61,661 bases of DNA, taken from assembly GCA_964509765.1 (NCBI GenBank), contig CAZDYI010000139.1, positions 1 through 61,661 on the forward strand. Reading direction: 5' to 3'. The position numbers and the translations under genes were made by a program. The notes beneath the pieces were generated by a model. It made no database searches. It was not told the DNA's origin and saw only the letters and a list, made by a program, of their open reading frames with translations. Numbering within the stretch: position 1 is the stretch's first letter; each line of letters starts with the position of its first letter. This stretch comes from an uncultured Gammaproteobacteria bacterium. Lineage in GTDB: Bacteria; Pseudomonadota; Gammaproteobacteria; Tethybacterales; Tethybacteraceae. Below, one piece after another: positions 9,157 to 18,688 of this stretch.

Positions 9157-9850
9157 CGCCGCGCTCGTCGCGGACTCGGTCTCAAAGAGCTTCGAGACCA
9201 CGGGCGGACCCGAGGTGCTGCGCGGCCTGTCGCTCGAGGTTGCAAGGGGCGAGGCCGTCGCGATCACGGGCGCCTCGGGCTGCGGGAAGAGCACCCTGCT
9301 GCACATCCTCGCAGGGCTCGCTGAGCCGGACTCGGGCAGCGTTTCCGTTGCGGGCGAGAGCATGAGCGAGGCCGGCCAGGCGCGGCGCGGCGAGATCCGC
9401 AACAGGAGCGTGGGCTTCGTCTACCAGTTCCACCACCTGCTCCCGGAGTTCACCGCAGCGGAGAACGTCGCGATGCCCATGCTCGTGGCCGGCGCGGAGC
9501 GCGCCGAGGCTGCGGACAGGGCGGCGGGGATGCTCGGGCAGATCGGGCTTGCCGACCGCGCCTCGATGACGCCGGGCAGGCTCTCCGGCGGGGAGCGCCA
9601 GCGGGTGGCGATTCTCAGGGCGCTTGCAAACGGGCCCGACTGCGTGATCGCCGACGAGCCGACCGGCAACCTCGACCGCAGGACCGCCGAGGCGGTCGCG
9701 GCGCTGATGATCGACAGCTGCCGCGAGAGCGGCTGCGCGCTCATCGTCGCAACGCACGACATCGACCTTGCCGACAGGATCGGCAAGGGGTACGAGATGC
9801 GCGACGGCGCGCTTGCCGTCCGCGGCGGACAGGAGGAGACCGATGGCTAG
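9149..9850 (+). CDS. lolD: Lipoprotein-release ABC ATPase LolD
   Basis: Walker A GASGCGKSTLLH, ABC signature LSGGERQRVAILRAL, Walker B VIADEPTGNLD. The start overlaps the permease stop by 8 nt. Confidence 0.9.
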   Translation: MSDAALVADSVSKSFETTGGPEVLRGLSLEVARGEAVAITGASGCGKSTLLHILAGLAEPDSGSVSVAGESMSEAGQARRGEIRNRSVGFVYQFHHLLPEFTAAENVAMPMLVAGAERAEAADRAAGMLGQIGLADRASMTPGRLSGGERQRVAILRALANGPDCVIADEPTGNLDRRTAEAVAALMIDSCRESGCALIVATHDIDLADRIGKGYEMRDGALAVRGGQEETDG

Positions 9851-9859
9851 TGTTATCAT
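9851..9859 (+). promoter_or_regulatory. Extended -10-like TGtTATCAT upstream of eno
   Basis: Lies in the 30-nt lolD-eno spacer. A GGGGGACAGG SD-like stretch follows, then GTG at 9881. Confidence 0.3.
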
Positions 9860-9880
9860 CATCGCGCGGGGGGACAGGTC

Positions 9881-11170
9881 GTGAACGTAGTCAACGTGAC
9901 AGCGCTGGAGGTCCTGGATTCCCGCGGCAACCCCACCGTCGAGGCGACCGTGTACCTCGACGACGGCGGAATCGGGACGGCCTGCGCGCCGTCGGGCGCT
10001 TCCACCGGGTCCAAGGAGGCGCTCGAGCTGCGCGACGGCGACAAGCGGCGCTTCGGCGGCAAGGGCGTCAGGAAGGCATGCGCCGCGGTCGAGGGCAGGC
10101 TGGCCGACGCCATCATCGGCATCGACGCCTACAACCACCGCGAGATTGACGAGGCGCTGCGCAAGGCCGACGGGACGGAGAACAAGTCCTCGCTCGGGGC
10201 GAACGCGATCCTCGCGGTCTCGCTCGCATGCGCGAAGGCGGTCGCCGAGTCGAACATGCTGCCGCTCTACCGCCACCTGGGCGGAACGAGGGCGCGGCTG
10301 CTTCCGGTGCCGATGCTCAACATACTCAACGGCGGGGCGCATGCGTCGAACAACGTCGACATCCAGGAGTTCATGGTCGTGCCCGCGGGCGCGCCCGACT
10401 TCTCCACCGCGCTGCGCTGGGGCGTCGAGATCTTCCAGGAGCTAAAGGGCCTGCTCGCCAAGAGGAATCTGTCAACTGCGGTCGGCGATGAGGGAGGCTT
10501 CGCCCCCGACGTCGACGGGGTGGACGCGACGCTAGACCTGATCCTCGAGGCCGTGTCGGCCGCGGGCCGCAAGCCCGGACGCGAAGTCTGGCTGGCGCTC
10601 GACTGCGCGGCGAACGAGCTGCGCTCGGGCAAGGGCTACTCCCTGCCCGGCGAGAAGGACTCCCGCTTCACCTCGAAGTCGTTCGCGGCCAAGCTTGCAA
10701 AGTGGCAGTCCTCGTACCCGATCGTCAGCATCGAGGACGGCATGGCCGAGGACGACTGGCAGGGCTGGAAGGAGCTTACAGATGCATGCGGGGACAAGGC
10801 GCAGCTCGTCGGCGACGACCTGTTCGTCACCGACACGAAGCTGCTCGGGCGGGGCATGGCGGAAGGGGTGGCGAACGCGATCCTGGTCAAGCCGAACCAG
10901 TGCGGCAGCCTGTCGGAGACCGAGGACGCGGTGAACCTCGCGCAGTCCGGCGGGTACGCGACGGTGATGTCGCACCGCTCGGGCGAGACCGAGGACTCGA
11001 CCATCGCCGACCTTGCGGTCGCCTGGGGTTGCGGCCAGATCAAGACCGGCGCCCCGTGCCGCGGCGAGCGCACGGCCAAGTTCAACCGCCTGCTGAGGAT
11101 CGAGCGCGAGCTCGGCCGGTCTGCGCGGTTTCCCGGAAAGGACGCCTTCCGGGGGGCGGGTTGGTTATGA
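9881..11170 (+). CDS. eno: Enolase
   Basis: 429 aa. Begins ALEVLDSRGNPTVEATV; also has SHRSGETEDSTIADLAV and IKTGAPCRGERTAKFNRLLRIE. Confidence 0.97.
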   Translation: MNVVNVTALEVLDSRGNPTVEATVYLDDGGIGTACAPSGASTGSKEALELRDGDKRRFGGKGVRKACAAVEGRLADAIIGIDAYNHREIDEALRKADGTENKSSLGANAILAVSLACAKAVAESNMLPLYRHLGGTRARLLPVPMLNILNGGAHASNNVDIQEFMVVPAGAPDFSTALRWGVEIFQELKGLLAKRNLSTAVGDEGGFAPDVDGVDATLDLILEAVSAAGRKPGREVWLALDCAANELRSGKGYSLPGEKDSRFTSKSFAAKLAKWQSSYPIVSIEDGMAEDDWQGWKELTDACGDKAQLVGDDLFVTDTKLLGRGMAEGVANAILVKPNQCGSLSETEDAVNLAQSGGYATVMSHRSGETEDSTIADLAVAWGCGQIKTGAPCRGERTAKFNRLLRIERELGRSARFPGKDAFRGAGWL

Positions 11171-11466
11171 TTAACGGCGTGCCGCGCCTGCTCAGCACCT
11201 ACAACATGACGATCGCGCTGCTTGCGGTCGCCCTGGTCGTGCTGGTGGCCAAGATAATGGGGCCGACCGGGCTCGGGAGGATCAACAGCCTCGAGAGCGA
11301 GATCGCCCGCGAGCAGATCGAGGCCGACACGCTGCTCCAGCGCAACCAGCTGATCGCCGCGGACCTGCAGCGGATCAAGACCGACGGCAGGCAGGTCGAG
11401 GTGCTCGCCCGCTACCACCTCGGGATGATCAAGCCGGGCGAGGTGTTCGTCCAGACCCGCGACTGA
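11167..11466 (+). CDS. ftsB: Cell division protein FtsB
   Basis: 99 aa with one TM helix, a coiled coil, and [16 protein letters not shown]. The start overlaps the eno stop (ATGA). Conserved eno-ftsB linkage. Confidence 0.85.
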   Translation: MINGVPRLLSTYNMTIALLAVALVVLVAKIMGPTGLGRINSLESEIAREQIEADTLLQRNQLIAADLQRIKTDGRQVEVLARYHLGMIKPGEVFVQTRD

Positions 11467-11503
11467 CCGGGTCCTTTCCCTGCCCGCCGGGCGGCAGGTG
11501 TTT

Positions 11504-11509
11504 TATAAT
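11504..11509 (+). promoter_or_regulatory. -10 hexamer TATAAT, 9 nt upstream of the rpsU ATG
   Basis: Sequence is ttTATAATggcaggttcATG, with no clear SD. Confidence 0.45.
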
Positions 11510-11518
11510 GGCAGGTTC

Positions 11519-11728
11519 ATGCCCGAGATAAAGGTCAAGGAAAACGAGTCCTTCGAGGTCGCCATGCGGCGCTTCAAGCGCGCCATGGAGGGCGCCAACC
11601 GGATCAGCGACATCCGGAGCCTCAAGTACTACGAGAAGCCCACGACCCGCCGCAAGCGCAAGCGGCAGGCGGCGATCAAGCGCCAGCGCAGGCTGGTGCG
11701 CATGCAGCGCATGCTCTACCGCCCGTAA
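11519..11728 (+). CDS. rpsU: 30S ribosomal protein S21
   Basis: [21 protein letters not shown]...[12 protein letters not shown]. The start is set at the conserved MPxIKV rather than the ORF-track GTG at 11498. Confidence 0.95.
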   Translation: MPEIKVKENESFEVAMRRFKRAMEGANRISDIRSLKYYEKPTTRRKRKRQAAIKRQRRLVRMQRMLYRP

Positions 11729-11746
11729 GGGGCCGGGCCGCCGGGA

Positions 11747-12199
11747 ATGGTTTGCTCTGTGGACAGGCTGTCCTCGGACCTGAAGGAGGCGATGGTCGCG
11801 CGCGACGAGCTGCGCAAGAACGTCCTGCGCTCGCTCAAGGCGGAGATCGACAAGGAGTGCAAGGAGGAGAGCGCCGAATCTGCGAGCGACGAGCTGATCG
11901 CGAAGATAGCCGCCAGGCAGCGGCGCCAGCGCCTTGAGGCCGCCGAGGTCTACAGGAAGAACGGCAGCGAGGGGCATGCCGAGCAGGAGGAGGCCGAGGC
12001 TGTGGTCCTCGCCGAGTACATGCCTGCACAGCTGGGGGACGAGGAGGTCGTCCGGCACATCGAGGAGGCGGTCGCCGAGGCGGGGGCGCGCTCCGCGGCG
12101 GAAATGGGCAAGGTGATGGCGATCCTGTCCAAGCGCCTGGCCGGCAAGGCCGATTTGAAAGAGGTTTCGGGAAAGGTTCGCAAGCGGCTCGGTGGCTGA
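11747..12199 (+). CDS. GatB/YqeY domain protein
   Basis: LSSDLKEAMVARDELRKNVLRSLKAEIDK...MGKVMAILSKRLAGKADLKEVS. Sits between rpsU and dnaG. Confidence 0.8.
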   Translation: MVCSVDRLSSDLKEAMVARDELRKNVLRSLKAEIDKECKEESAESASDELIAKIAARQRRQRLEAAEVYRKNGSEGHAEQEEAEAVVLAEYMPAQLGDEEVVRHIEEAVAEAGARSAAEMGKVMAILSKRLAGKADLKEVSGKVRKRLGG

Positions 12200-12220
12200 C
12201 CGGCCGGACCGGGCATCGCG

Positions 12221-13930
12221 ATGATCCCGCAGCGGTTCATCGAGGACCTCAACCGCGACGCCGACATAGTGTCGGTGATCGGCCGGCACGTCGAGCTCAA
12301 GCAAAAGGGCAAGTCCCACACCGGGCTCTGCCCGTTCCACAAGGAGAAGACCCCCTCCTTCAACGTCGTCCCTGAGAAGGGCTTCTACCACTGCTTCGGC
12401 TGCGGGGCCTCGGGCACCGCGCTCGGCTTCCTCATGCGTCATTCCCACGGCAACGACTTCGTTGCTGCAGTCCACGACCTGGCCGCACAGCTCGGCCGGG
12501 AGGTCCCGAGCGACGGCAGCAGGAAGTCCGTCCCGACGCCGCTGCTAGAGCAGATGGCGGCGCACTACCACGCGCAGCTGCGCAGCCATCCCGAGGTGCG
12601 CGAGTACCTCAAGGGCCGCGGGATAAGCAAGGGGAACGCACTGCGGTTCCGGCTCGGGTACGCCCCGCGCGACGGCGGCTTCGCCGAGGCGTTCGGCAAG
12701 GACTACGACAGCGCGCGGCTGAAAGGAGGGCTAGTGTCCGTCGGGCTCGCGAAGAAAAGCGAGCGCAACGGCGAAATCTACCCGTACTTCCGCGACCGGC
12801 TGATGATTCCGATCACGAGCAACACCGGCAAGGTGCAGGGCTTCGGGGGCAGGCTGATGTCCGACGGCGAGCCCAAGTACCTCAACTCGCCGCAGAGCGA
12901 GGCTTTCGACAAGGGCAGGGTGATCTTTGCCCTGCGCGAGGCGACCGACGGGTTCCGCGAGCACGGCGGGGCTATCGTAGTCGAGGGCTACATGGACGTG
13001 CTCGTCCTGTTCGAGCACGGCATAACCAACGCGGTCGCGACGATGGGCACCGCAGCCACGACGCAGCAGGTCAGCACGATCATGACGCGCGCCGACAGGG
13101 TGTGCTTCTGCTTCGACGGCGACGATGCCGGACGCAAGGCTGCGGCGAGGGTGCTGCAGAACGTGATGCCTGCCATGAAGGACGGAAAGTCGGTGAGCTT
13201 CGCCCACTTGCCGAAGGGCGAGGACCCCGACAGCTACGTGTCGACCAACGGAGCGGAGAAGTTCAGGGAGCTCATCGATGGAGCGATGAAGCTCGAGGAG
13301 TTCCTGGTCGACAAGGATGCCCTGCTGCCCGGCGGGAACGACGACGTCTCCGGCGAGAGCGTCATGTGGCACAAGGCGGCCGAGCTGGTAGAGCTCATAG
13401 ACAAGGACAAGGCTCCGTTCTTCTACGAGCTGCTTTACAAGGAACTGTCGAAGGCAAGCGGTATCGCCTTGGAGGACTTGAAGTCCGCAGCGGCCAGAAT
13501 CAGGAAAAGCAGGCCGAGGGTCGAGGAGGTGCCGAGGCAGGCACGCCAGCCCAGCGATCGGCGCAAGATGAGGGAGCATGAGCTGTACACGATGCTGGAA
13601 TGCTTGTTCATGGATCCCAAGCTATTCACAAAGATCGAGAACGTTCCTCTTGAATCCGGCAAGCAGGTGAGCGCAAACGACCTCGCACTGTGCATAGAGG
13701 TGCGCGACAAGCTCATCTTCGCTCACAAGAACGAGGAGGAATTGACTGTGGAGAGCATCCTGTCGGAACGCGGGCTCAACGGATTGCTCGACCAGTTGCG
13801 CGGCAGCACTTCGGTCATGCGGGAAGCAAAGGTGGACCCTGAAGTGAAAATGAATCTGATCGTCAAGAAGTTCCGTTCCCTCGCGGGCAGGAAGAAAAGG
13901 CAAAAAAAATTACAAAGCACTATCAAATAG
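12221..13930 (+). CDS. dnaG: DNA primase
   Basis: Zinc ribbon CPFHKEKTPSFNVVPEKGFYHCFGCG, a TOPRIM region (VVEGYMDVL, FDGDDAGRKAA), and a C-terminal domain with a Lys-rich tail. Confidence 0.95.
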   Translation: MIPQRFIEDLNRDADIVSVIGRHVELKQKGKSHTGLCPFHKEKTPSFNVVPEKGFYHCFGCGASGTALGFLMRHSHGNDFVAAVHDLAAQLGREVPSDGSRKSVPTPLLEQMAAHYHAQLRSHPEVREYLKGRGISKGNALRFRLGYAPRDGGFAEAFGKDYDSARLKGGLVSVGLAKKSERNGEIYPYFRDRLMIPITSNTGKVQGFGGRLMSDGEPKYLNSPQSEAFDKGRVIFALREATDGFREHGGAIVVEGYMDVLVLFEHGITNAVATMGTAATTQQVSTIMTRADRVCFCFDGDDAGRKAAARVLQNVMPAMKDGKSVSFAHLPKGEDPDSYVSTNGAEKFRELIDGAMKLEEFLVDKDALLPGGNDDVSGESVMWHKAAELVELIDKDKAPFFYELLYKELSKASGIALEDLKSAAARIRKSRPRVEEVPRQARQPSDRRKMREHELYTMLECLFMDPKLFTKIENVPLESGKQVSANDLALCIEVRDKLIFAHKNEEELTVESILSERGLNGLLDQLRGSTSVMREAKVDPEVKMNLIVKKFRSLAGRKKRQKKLQSTIK

Positions 13931-13964
13931 TTGGCATGAAATAAGCACAATTGCTGTCAACATA

Positions 13965-14735
13965 TTACCTGCATGCCTTGCATTCCGGATCCTTCCTGAT
14001 CCTTATCGACCGCACCCTCTGTCCAAGCGTGTCGAGCGCGAGCATCCTCCACTTAAGCCCGTCGCCGGAAAGCCCGGCAACCAGCCGCAGCGCCTCGCAT
14101 GCCATGAGAGAGCCGACCGCACCGGTCAGCGGCGCAAGCACGCCGAGCAGCGCGCAGGGCGTCTGCTCGGGATTCGAGTCACGTTTTGGGTACAGGCACC
14201 CGTAGCAGGGCGAGGTTCCCACAGAAAAGGGGAACACGTACACCTGTCCGTCGAATTGTTCCGCAGCCCCGCCGACGAGGTCTGTGCGCGAGTTGAGGCA
14301 GGCCTCGTTGACGGCATGCCTCGTCTCGAAGTTGTCGCTGCAGTCAAGGACGACGTCAGCGCCGTCGCACATCTCCGGCAGGTTTTCTGCAGTGGCGCGT
14401 TCGCTGACGTGCTCGACCGAGACATGCGGGTTGATCGCGGCAAGCTCCCTTGCGGCGACCTCGGACTTCGGCCTGCCGACGTCGCCGTCGCGAAAGAGGA
14501 TCTGGCGCTGCAGGTTCGATGTCTCGACAGTGTCGTCGTCCGCGAGCGCCATGCTTCCGATTCCGCACGAGGCCAGGTAGAGCGCAGCTGGGCAGCCCAG
14601 CCCGCCGACGCCTACGACCAGGGCCCTTGCCGCGCGGATTTTTTGCTGGCCCTCGATGCCGATCCCGTCGAGCATCACGTGGCGCCCGTAGCGCTCGAGC
14701 TCGGCGTCCTCGAGCTCCGCGCTCACTTCTGGCAT
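13965..14735 (-). CDS. moeB: ThiF/MoeB-family adenylyltransferase (molybdopterin-synthase adenylyltransferase-like)
   Basis: LERYGRHVMLDGIGIEGQQKI...VVGVGGLGCPAALYLASCGIG...ETSNLQRQILF, plus C-terminal CxxC pairs. The start is chosen at ATG 14735 (MPEVSAELED) by N-terminal similarity to MoeB. The ORF track extends to 14804. Confidence 0.8.
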   Translation of the reverse strand: MPEVSAELEDAELERYGRHVMLDGIGIEGQQKIRAARALVVGVGGLGCPAALYLASCGIGSMALADDDTVETSNLQRQILFRDGDVGRPKSEVAARELAAINPHVSVEHVSERATAENLPEMCDGADVVLDCSDNFETRHAVNEACLNSRTDLVGGAAEQFDGQVYVFPFSVGTSPCYGCLYPKRDSNPEQTPCALLGVLAPLTGAVGSLMACEALRLVAGLSGDGLKWRMLALDTLGQRVRSIRIRKDPECKACR

Positions 14736-15532
14736 TTCGGGCAGTGGTAGGTCGCCCTTTGCCCGATAACCGTCCTCACTATCTCGGCCGAGCAGCTCTT
14801 GCACGGCTGTCCGGCGCGGCCGTACACCTTGTGGCTGAGCTGGAAGTATCCAGGCTTGCCGTCAGGGGTTGCGTAGTCGCGAAGCGTCGACCCTCCGGCC
14901 TTGATCGCCCTGCGCAGAACCTTCTTGACCTCGCGCACGATCGCCGCCGCCTCCTGCCTCGTGACGGTCCCTGCCTTCCTGCCGGGGAGCACGCCTGCGT
15001 TGAACAGCGCCTCCGAGGCGTAGATGTTTCCGACGCCCGCAACTATCGACCCGTCCATCAGCAGCTGCTTGACCGGAACCTTCCTTCCCGCGCATGCCTC
15101 GTGAAGCATCTTCGCGTTGAATTCCCTCTCGAGCGGCTCGACCCCGGCGGAGGAGAGCAGGGGGTGGCTCAGCGGGTCCTCGCACCAGAAGACCCTTCCG
15201 AACCTGCGCGGGTCGTTGTAGCGCAGGACGCGGCGGTCGGTCCGCCACTCGACGTGGTCGTGCTTGACCGGCCTTGCGTCCGGCGGGTCGGCTCGGACCG
15301 TTCCGCTCATCCCGAGGTGGATGACCATCGTTCCGTCCTTGAAGCCCACGAGGATGTACTTCGCCCTGCGCCCGACGCCGACGACCCTGTTGCCTGACAC
15401 CTTTCCCGCGATGCCGCGGGTGACCGGCTCGCGGAGGTCAGGGCGCCTGACCTTCATCTTGGTGATCACCTTTCCCGCGAGATGCCTGCCCAGGTCCTTT
15501 CTGACGGTCTCGACTTCGGGCAGCTCAGGCAT
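14723..15532 (-). CDS. mutM: Formamidopyrimidine-DNA glycosylase
   Basis: MPELPEVETV N-terminus, C-terminal zinc finger CKSCSAEI...YHCPKCQ. Confidence 0.95.
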   Translation of the reverse strand: MPELPEVETVRKDLGRHLAGKVITKMKVRRPDLREPVTRGIAGKVSGNRVVGVGRRAKYILVGFKDGTMVIHLGMSGTVRADPPDARPVKHDHVEWRTDRRVLRYNDPRRFGRVFWCEDPLSHPLLSSAGVEPLEREFNAKMLHEACAGRKVPVKQLLMDGSIVAGVGNIYASEALFNAGVLPGRKAGTVTRQEAAAIVREVKKVLRRAIKAGGSTLRDYATPDGKPGYFQLSHKVYGRAGQPCKSCSAEIVRTVIGQRATYHCPKCQK

Positions 15533-15541
15533 GGCCGCGCC

Positions 15542-16348
15542 TCAGCCCTTTCTTGTTGCCCGGAACACCCTCTTGAGCCCTTGCAGGTCGCTGCGGCTTC
15601 CGCTTGGCTCAAGGGCGGACTGCCCAGCGATCTTTCGGACTTCCGGATGCTGGCCGACGCCGTGCTCAAGGAACAGCTCGCCTCCGGGCCGCAGCAGCCT
15701 GCCTGCGAAGCGCAGGACGGACCTGATCGAGTCCAGTCCGTCAGCCCCGCCGTCGAGCGCGCCGAGGGGGTCATGCATCATTCCGGCTTGCTCCATAGTT
15801 CTGCAAAGCGCGGACGTAACGTAGGGCGGGTTCGACACCGCTACGTCGATCCCCGCGTCCATGTCCTGCCAGTCGCCTTCAAACGTCTCAACGTTCGAAA
15901 GTCCGAGCTCGGAGAAGTTCCTTCTTGCAAGCTCGATGGCGGCAGGGTCCCTCTCGCATGCGATGACGGTCGCCCTCGGCCTGTGCCTTGCGACGGCGGC
16001 GGCTATTGCTCCGGTTCCCGTTCCCAGGTCGGCGACGGTGACGGGAGAGTCCGGCACCGCCTTAAGCACGGCTTCGACAAGGACCTCTGTTTCCGGGCGC
16101 GGCACGAGCGCCTCGGGACCGCAAGCGAGCTCGAGGTCCATGAACTCGGCGGTGCCGAGGATGTGGGCGAGGGGAGTTCCGGCGGTCCTTCGCTGGACCA
16201 TTGCCTCGAAGCCCTCGGGCAGCCCGCCGGACTTGGCGCATTTGCCCGAGAGGAGATGCCCGACCTCAAGCTCGGCCTGGCGCCTGTCCAGCCCCAGCCC
16301 CTCGCGCAGGCTTTCCACTGCTGCGGCCTGCCGCGCATGCGCGCTCAT
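15542..16348 (-). CDS. prmC: Release-factor glutamine N5-methyltransferase
   Basis: DLGTGTGAIA SAM motif and NPPY motif (VSNPPYV). Lies immediately downstream of prfA. Confidence 0.9.
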   Translation of the reverse strand: MSAHARQAAAVESLREGLGLDRRQAELEVGHLLSGKCAKSGGLPEGFEAMVQRRTAGTPLAHILGTAEFMDLELACGPEALVPRPETEVLVEAVLKAVPDSPVTVADLGTGTGAIAAAVARHRPRATVIACERDPAAIELARRNFSELGLSNVETFEGDWQDMDAGIDVAVSNPPYVTSALCRTMEQAGMMHDPLGALDGGADGLDSIRSVLRFAGRLLRPGGELFLEHGVGQHPEVRKIAGQSALEPSGSRSDLQGLKRVFRATRKG

Positions 16349-17436
16349 GCCTGAGTTGCCGTGAACTCCTCGATCTGCTCGGCTTTTTCCGACTGGCGCA
16401 GCGCCTTGTAGATCTCCTGCAGGTCGCCGTCGAGGATTTCCTTGAGCCTCCTCACTGTCAGGTTCACGCGGTGGTCGGTGACCCTGCCCTGGGGGTAGTT
16501 GTAGGTGCGGATCTTCTCATTGCGCTCGCCGCTTCCGACCATCTTGCGCCTGCTGTCCTTCTGCTCGGCGTCGCGGATCCTGCGGAAGTGGTCGTTGACC
16601 CTTGCGACGAGTATCTGCATCGCCCGCTCGCGGTTGCGGTGCTGCGAGCGGCTTTCCTGGCTCTCGGCGACCAGTCCAGTCGGCAGGTGGGTGATGCGGA
16701 CCGCTGAATCGGTCGTGTTGACATGCTGGCCGCCGGCGCCCGAGGCCTTGAACGTGTCGGTCCGCAGGTCCTGGGGGTCGATGCCGACGTCGACGATCTC
16801 CATCTCCGGCATGACGGCGACGGTGCACACGGACGTGTGGATGCGCCCCTGGGTCTCGGTCTCCGGGATGCGCTGTACCCGGTGCGCGCCGGCCTCGTGC
16901 TTGAGGACCGCGTTCGCGTTCCTGCCCTCGACCTTGGCGATCAGCTCCTTGAACCCGCCGGCCTCGCCGGGCGAGGACGAGACGGTGTCGATGTTTAGCT
17001 TGTTGCGCTCCGCCCAGCGCGTGTACATCCGGAGCAGGTCGCCGGCGAACAGGCAGGACTCGAGCCCGCCCGTCCCGGCGCGGATCTCCAGGAAGCAGTT
17101 CCTGTCGTCGTCGGGGTCCTTCGGCTGCAGCGCCTCCATGAGGTTGCGCTCGGCCTCAGCAAGCCCGGCCTTCGCGGCCTCGATCTCCTCGTCGGCGATC
17201 TCCTTGAGCACCGGGTCGTCGGCCAGGTTCTCGGCCTCGGCGACGGAGCCTTCCGCCTCGCGGTAGCTGCGGAAGAGGTCCACCAGCGGGCTGAGCTCGC
17301 CGCGCTCGCGGTGCAGGTCCCGCGACCTGTTGCCGTCGGACGCGACCTTCGGGTCCGAGAGCAGGGCGTTGATCTCCTCGAGTCGCTTCTCGGCCGCCTC
17401 CAGGCGCCCGGCGACGGTTTCGCTAATCCCGCCCAT
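16345..17436 (-). CDS. prfA: Peptide chain release factor 1
   Basis: SGAGGQHVNTTDSAVRITHLPTG (GGQ) and RVQRIPETETQGRIHTS. Confidence 0.95.
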   Translation of the reverse strand: MGGISETVAGRLEAAEKRLEEINALLSDPKVASDGNRSRDLHRERGELSPLVDLFRSYREAEGSVAEAENLADDPVLKEIADEEIEAAKAGLAEAERNLMEALQPKDPDDDRNCFLEIRAGTGGLESCLFAGDLLRMYTRWAERNKLNIDTVSSSPGEAGGFKELIAKVEGRNANAVLKHEAGAHRVQRIPETETQGRIHTSVCTVAVMPEMEIVDVGIDPQDLRTDTFKASGAGGQHVNTTDSAVRITHLPTGLVAESQESRSQHRNRERAMQILVARVNDHFRRIRDAEQKDSRRKMVGSGERNEKIRTYNYPQGRVTDHRVNLTVRRLKEILDGDLQEIYKALRQSEKAEQIEEFTATQA

Positions 17437-18688
17437 CAGCTTCCCTGTACCAGTTGTCGATCTCGTCGATCAGCTCGCCGGTCACCCCGCGCGAGCCGAG
17501 CGCCTTGGCCGGGTCGTGGGCAAGCTTGCCCGCGATGCGGCTTGCGAGGCTGCGAAGGACCTCCTCGCCGTCCTTGCCGGCCGCAACTGCCTTGAGCGCG
17601 CGCGCTATCTCACGGTCGCGGATCGCGTCCACACGCCCGACGAAGTCCTTGACCACGTCGACGGACTCGCGGGCGTTGTACCAGTCAACGAGCTCCTCGG
17701 ACGCCCTGGCGATGTGCGTGTTCGCGTCGTTTACGGCCTCGCGCCTCTTTTCCATGTTGTCGCTCGAGATCCTGCCGATGTCGTCGATCGAGTACAGGAA
17801 CAGGTCCTCGAGGCGCGCGGCCTCCGGCTCGACGTCCCTCGGCACCGCCAGGTCGAATACGGCCATCGGGCGCCGCTTGCGCAGCCTGGCCGCGTTCTCG
17901 AGCGCGCCCTTGCCGATCACGGGAAGGACAGAGCTCGTCGCGGTGATCACGATGTCGTGCCGGTGGAGCTCGCGGGTGATCGACTCGTAGGGGATCACCT
18001 TCGCACCGAACCTCGCGGCGAGCTCCTCGGCGTGGCGCATCGTCCTGTTCGCGACGGTCACGAACGACACGGAGTTGCCGCTGAAGTGCTCGAGCGCCGT
18101 CTCGACTATCGTCCCTGCGCCGACGCAGAGCACGCCGCAGCCGTCGAGGTCGCCGAAGATCGACCGCGCGAGGCGGGAGCAGATCGCCGGGGCGGAAACC
18201 GATTCCCTCGCGATCGCCGTTTCCGTGCGCACCCGCTTGGCAACGCTGAAGGTGCGCTCGAACAGCTTGGCGAGGTTCGGACCGGTGAACCCCTCCTGGC
18301 GCGCCATGCCGTATGCCTTCTTCATCTGGCCGAAGATCTCGGGCTCGCCGAGGATCATCGAGTCGAGGCCGCTTGCGACGGCAAAGGCGTGCTTGATCGC
18401 CGCCTGGCCGCTCTTGAGGTAGAACAGCGTCTCGTAACCGTAGGACGCTCCGCCGCGCGCGGCGGTGAGGTCGCGGATGCCCTCCGGGCTCTCCGACACG
18501 CAGTAGACCTCCGTGCGGTTGCAGGTCGACAGCACAAGCGCCTCGTCCGCGAGCCCGCGGGTGCGCAGCTCCGCGAGGTAGCCGGGCGCCTCGTCGTTGG
18601 GGACCGACAGCTTCTCCCTGATCTCGAGCGCGGCGTTCGCGTGTGACACGCCGATGAGCGAAAGCCTGTCGAGCGTCATCGAGGTCAT
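17423..18688 (-). CDS. hemA: Glutamyl-tRNA reductase
   Basis: Start trimmed to ATG 18688 (MTSMTLDRLSLIGVSHANAALEIREKLS). Also has CNRTEVY and GAGTIVE motifs. hemA-prfA-prmC synteny. Confidence 0.92.
   Translation of the reverse strand: MTSMTLDRLSLIGVSHANAALEIREKLSVPNDEAPGYLAELRTRGLADEALVLSTCNRTEVYCVSESPEGIRDLTAARGGASYGYETLFYLKSGQAAIKHAFAVASGLDSMILGEPEIFGQMKKAYGMARQEGFTGPNLAKLFERTFSVAKRVRTETAIARESVSAPAICSRLARSIFGDLDGCGVLCVGAGTIVETALEHFSGNSVSFVTVANRTMRHAEELAARFGAKVIPYESITRELHRHDIVITATSSVLPVIGKGALENAARLRKRRPMAVFDLAVPRDVEPEAARLEDLFLYSIDDIGRISSDNMEKRREAVNDANTHIARASEELVDWYNARESVDVVKDFVGRVDAIRDREIARALKAVAAGKDGEEVLRSLASRIAGKLAHDPAKALGSRGVTGELIDEIDNWYREADGRD

Noticed and set aside
6769-9402. 877-aa minus-strand ORF (also 6260-7768, 502 aa) antisense to recN and the lol permease
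   Set aside because: Low-complexity Ser/Arg/Ala/Pro composition with no recognisable domain. The plus strand encodes well-supported RecN and Lol proteins.
11498-11518. ORF-track GTG start for rpsU (MFYNGRF extension)
   Set aside because: S21 proteins begin MPxIKV. The extension would be translated from the TATAAT promoter element itself.
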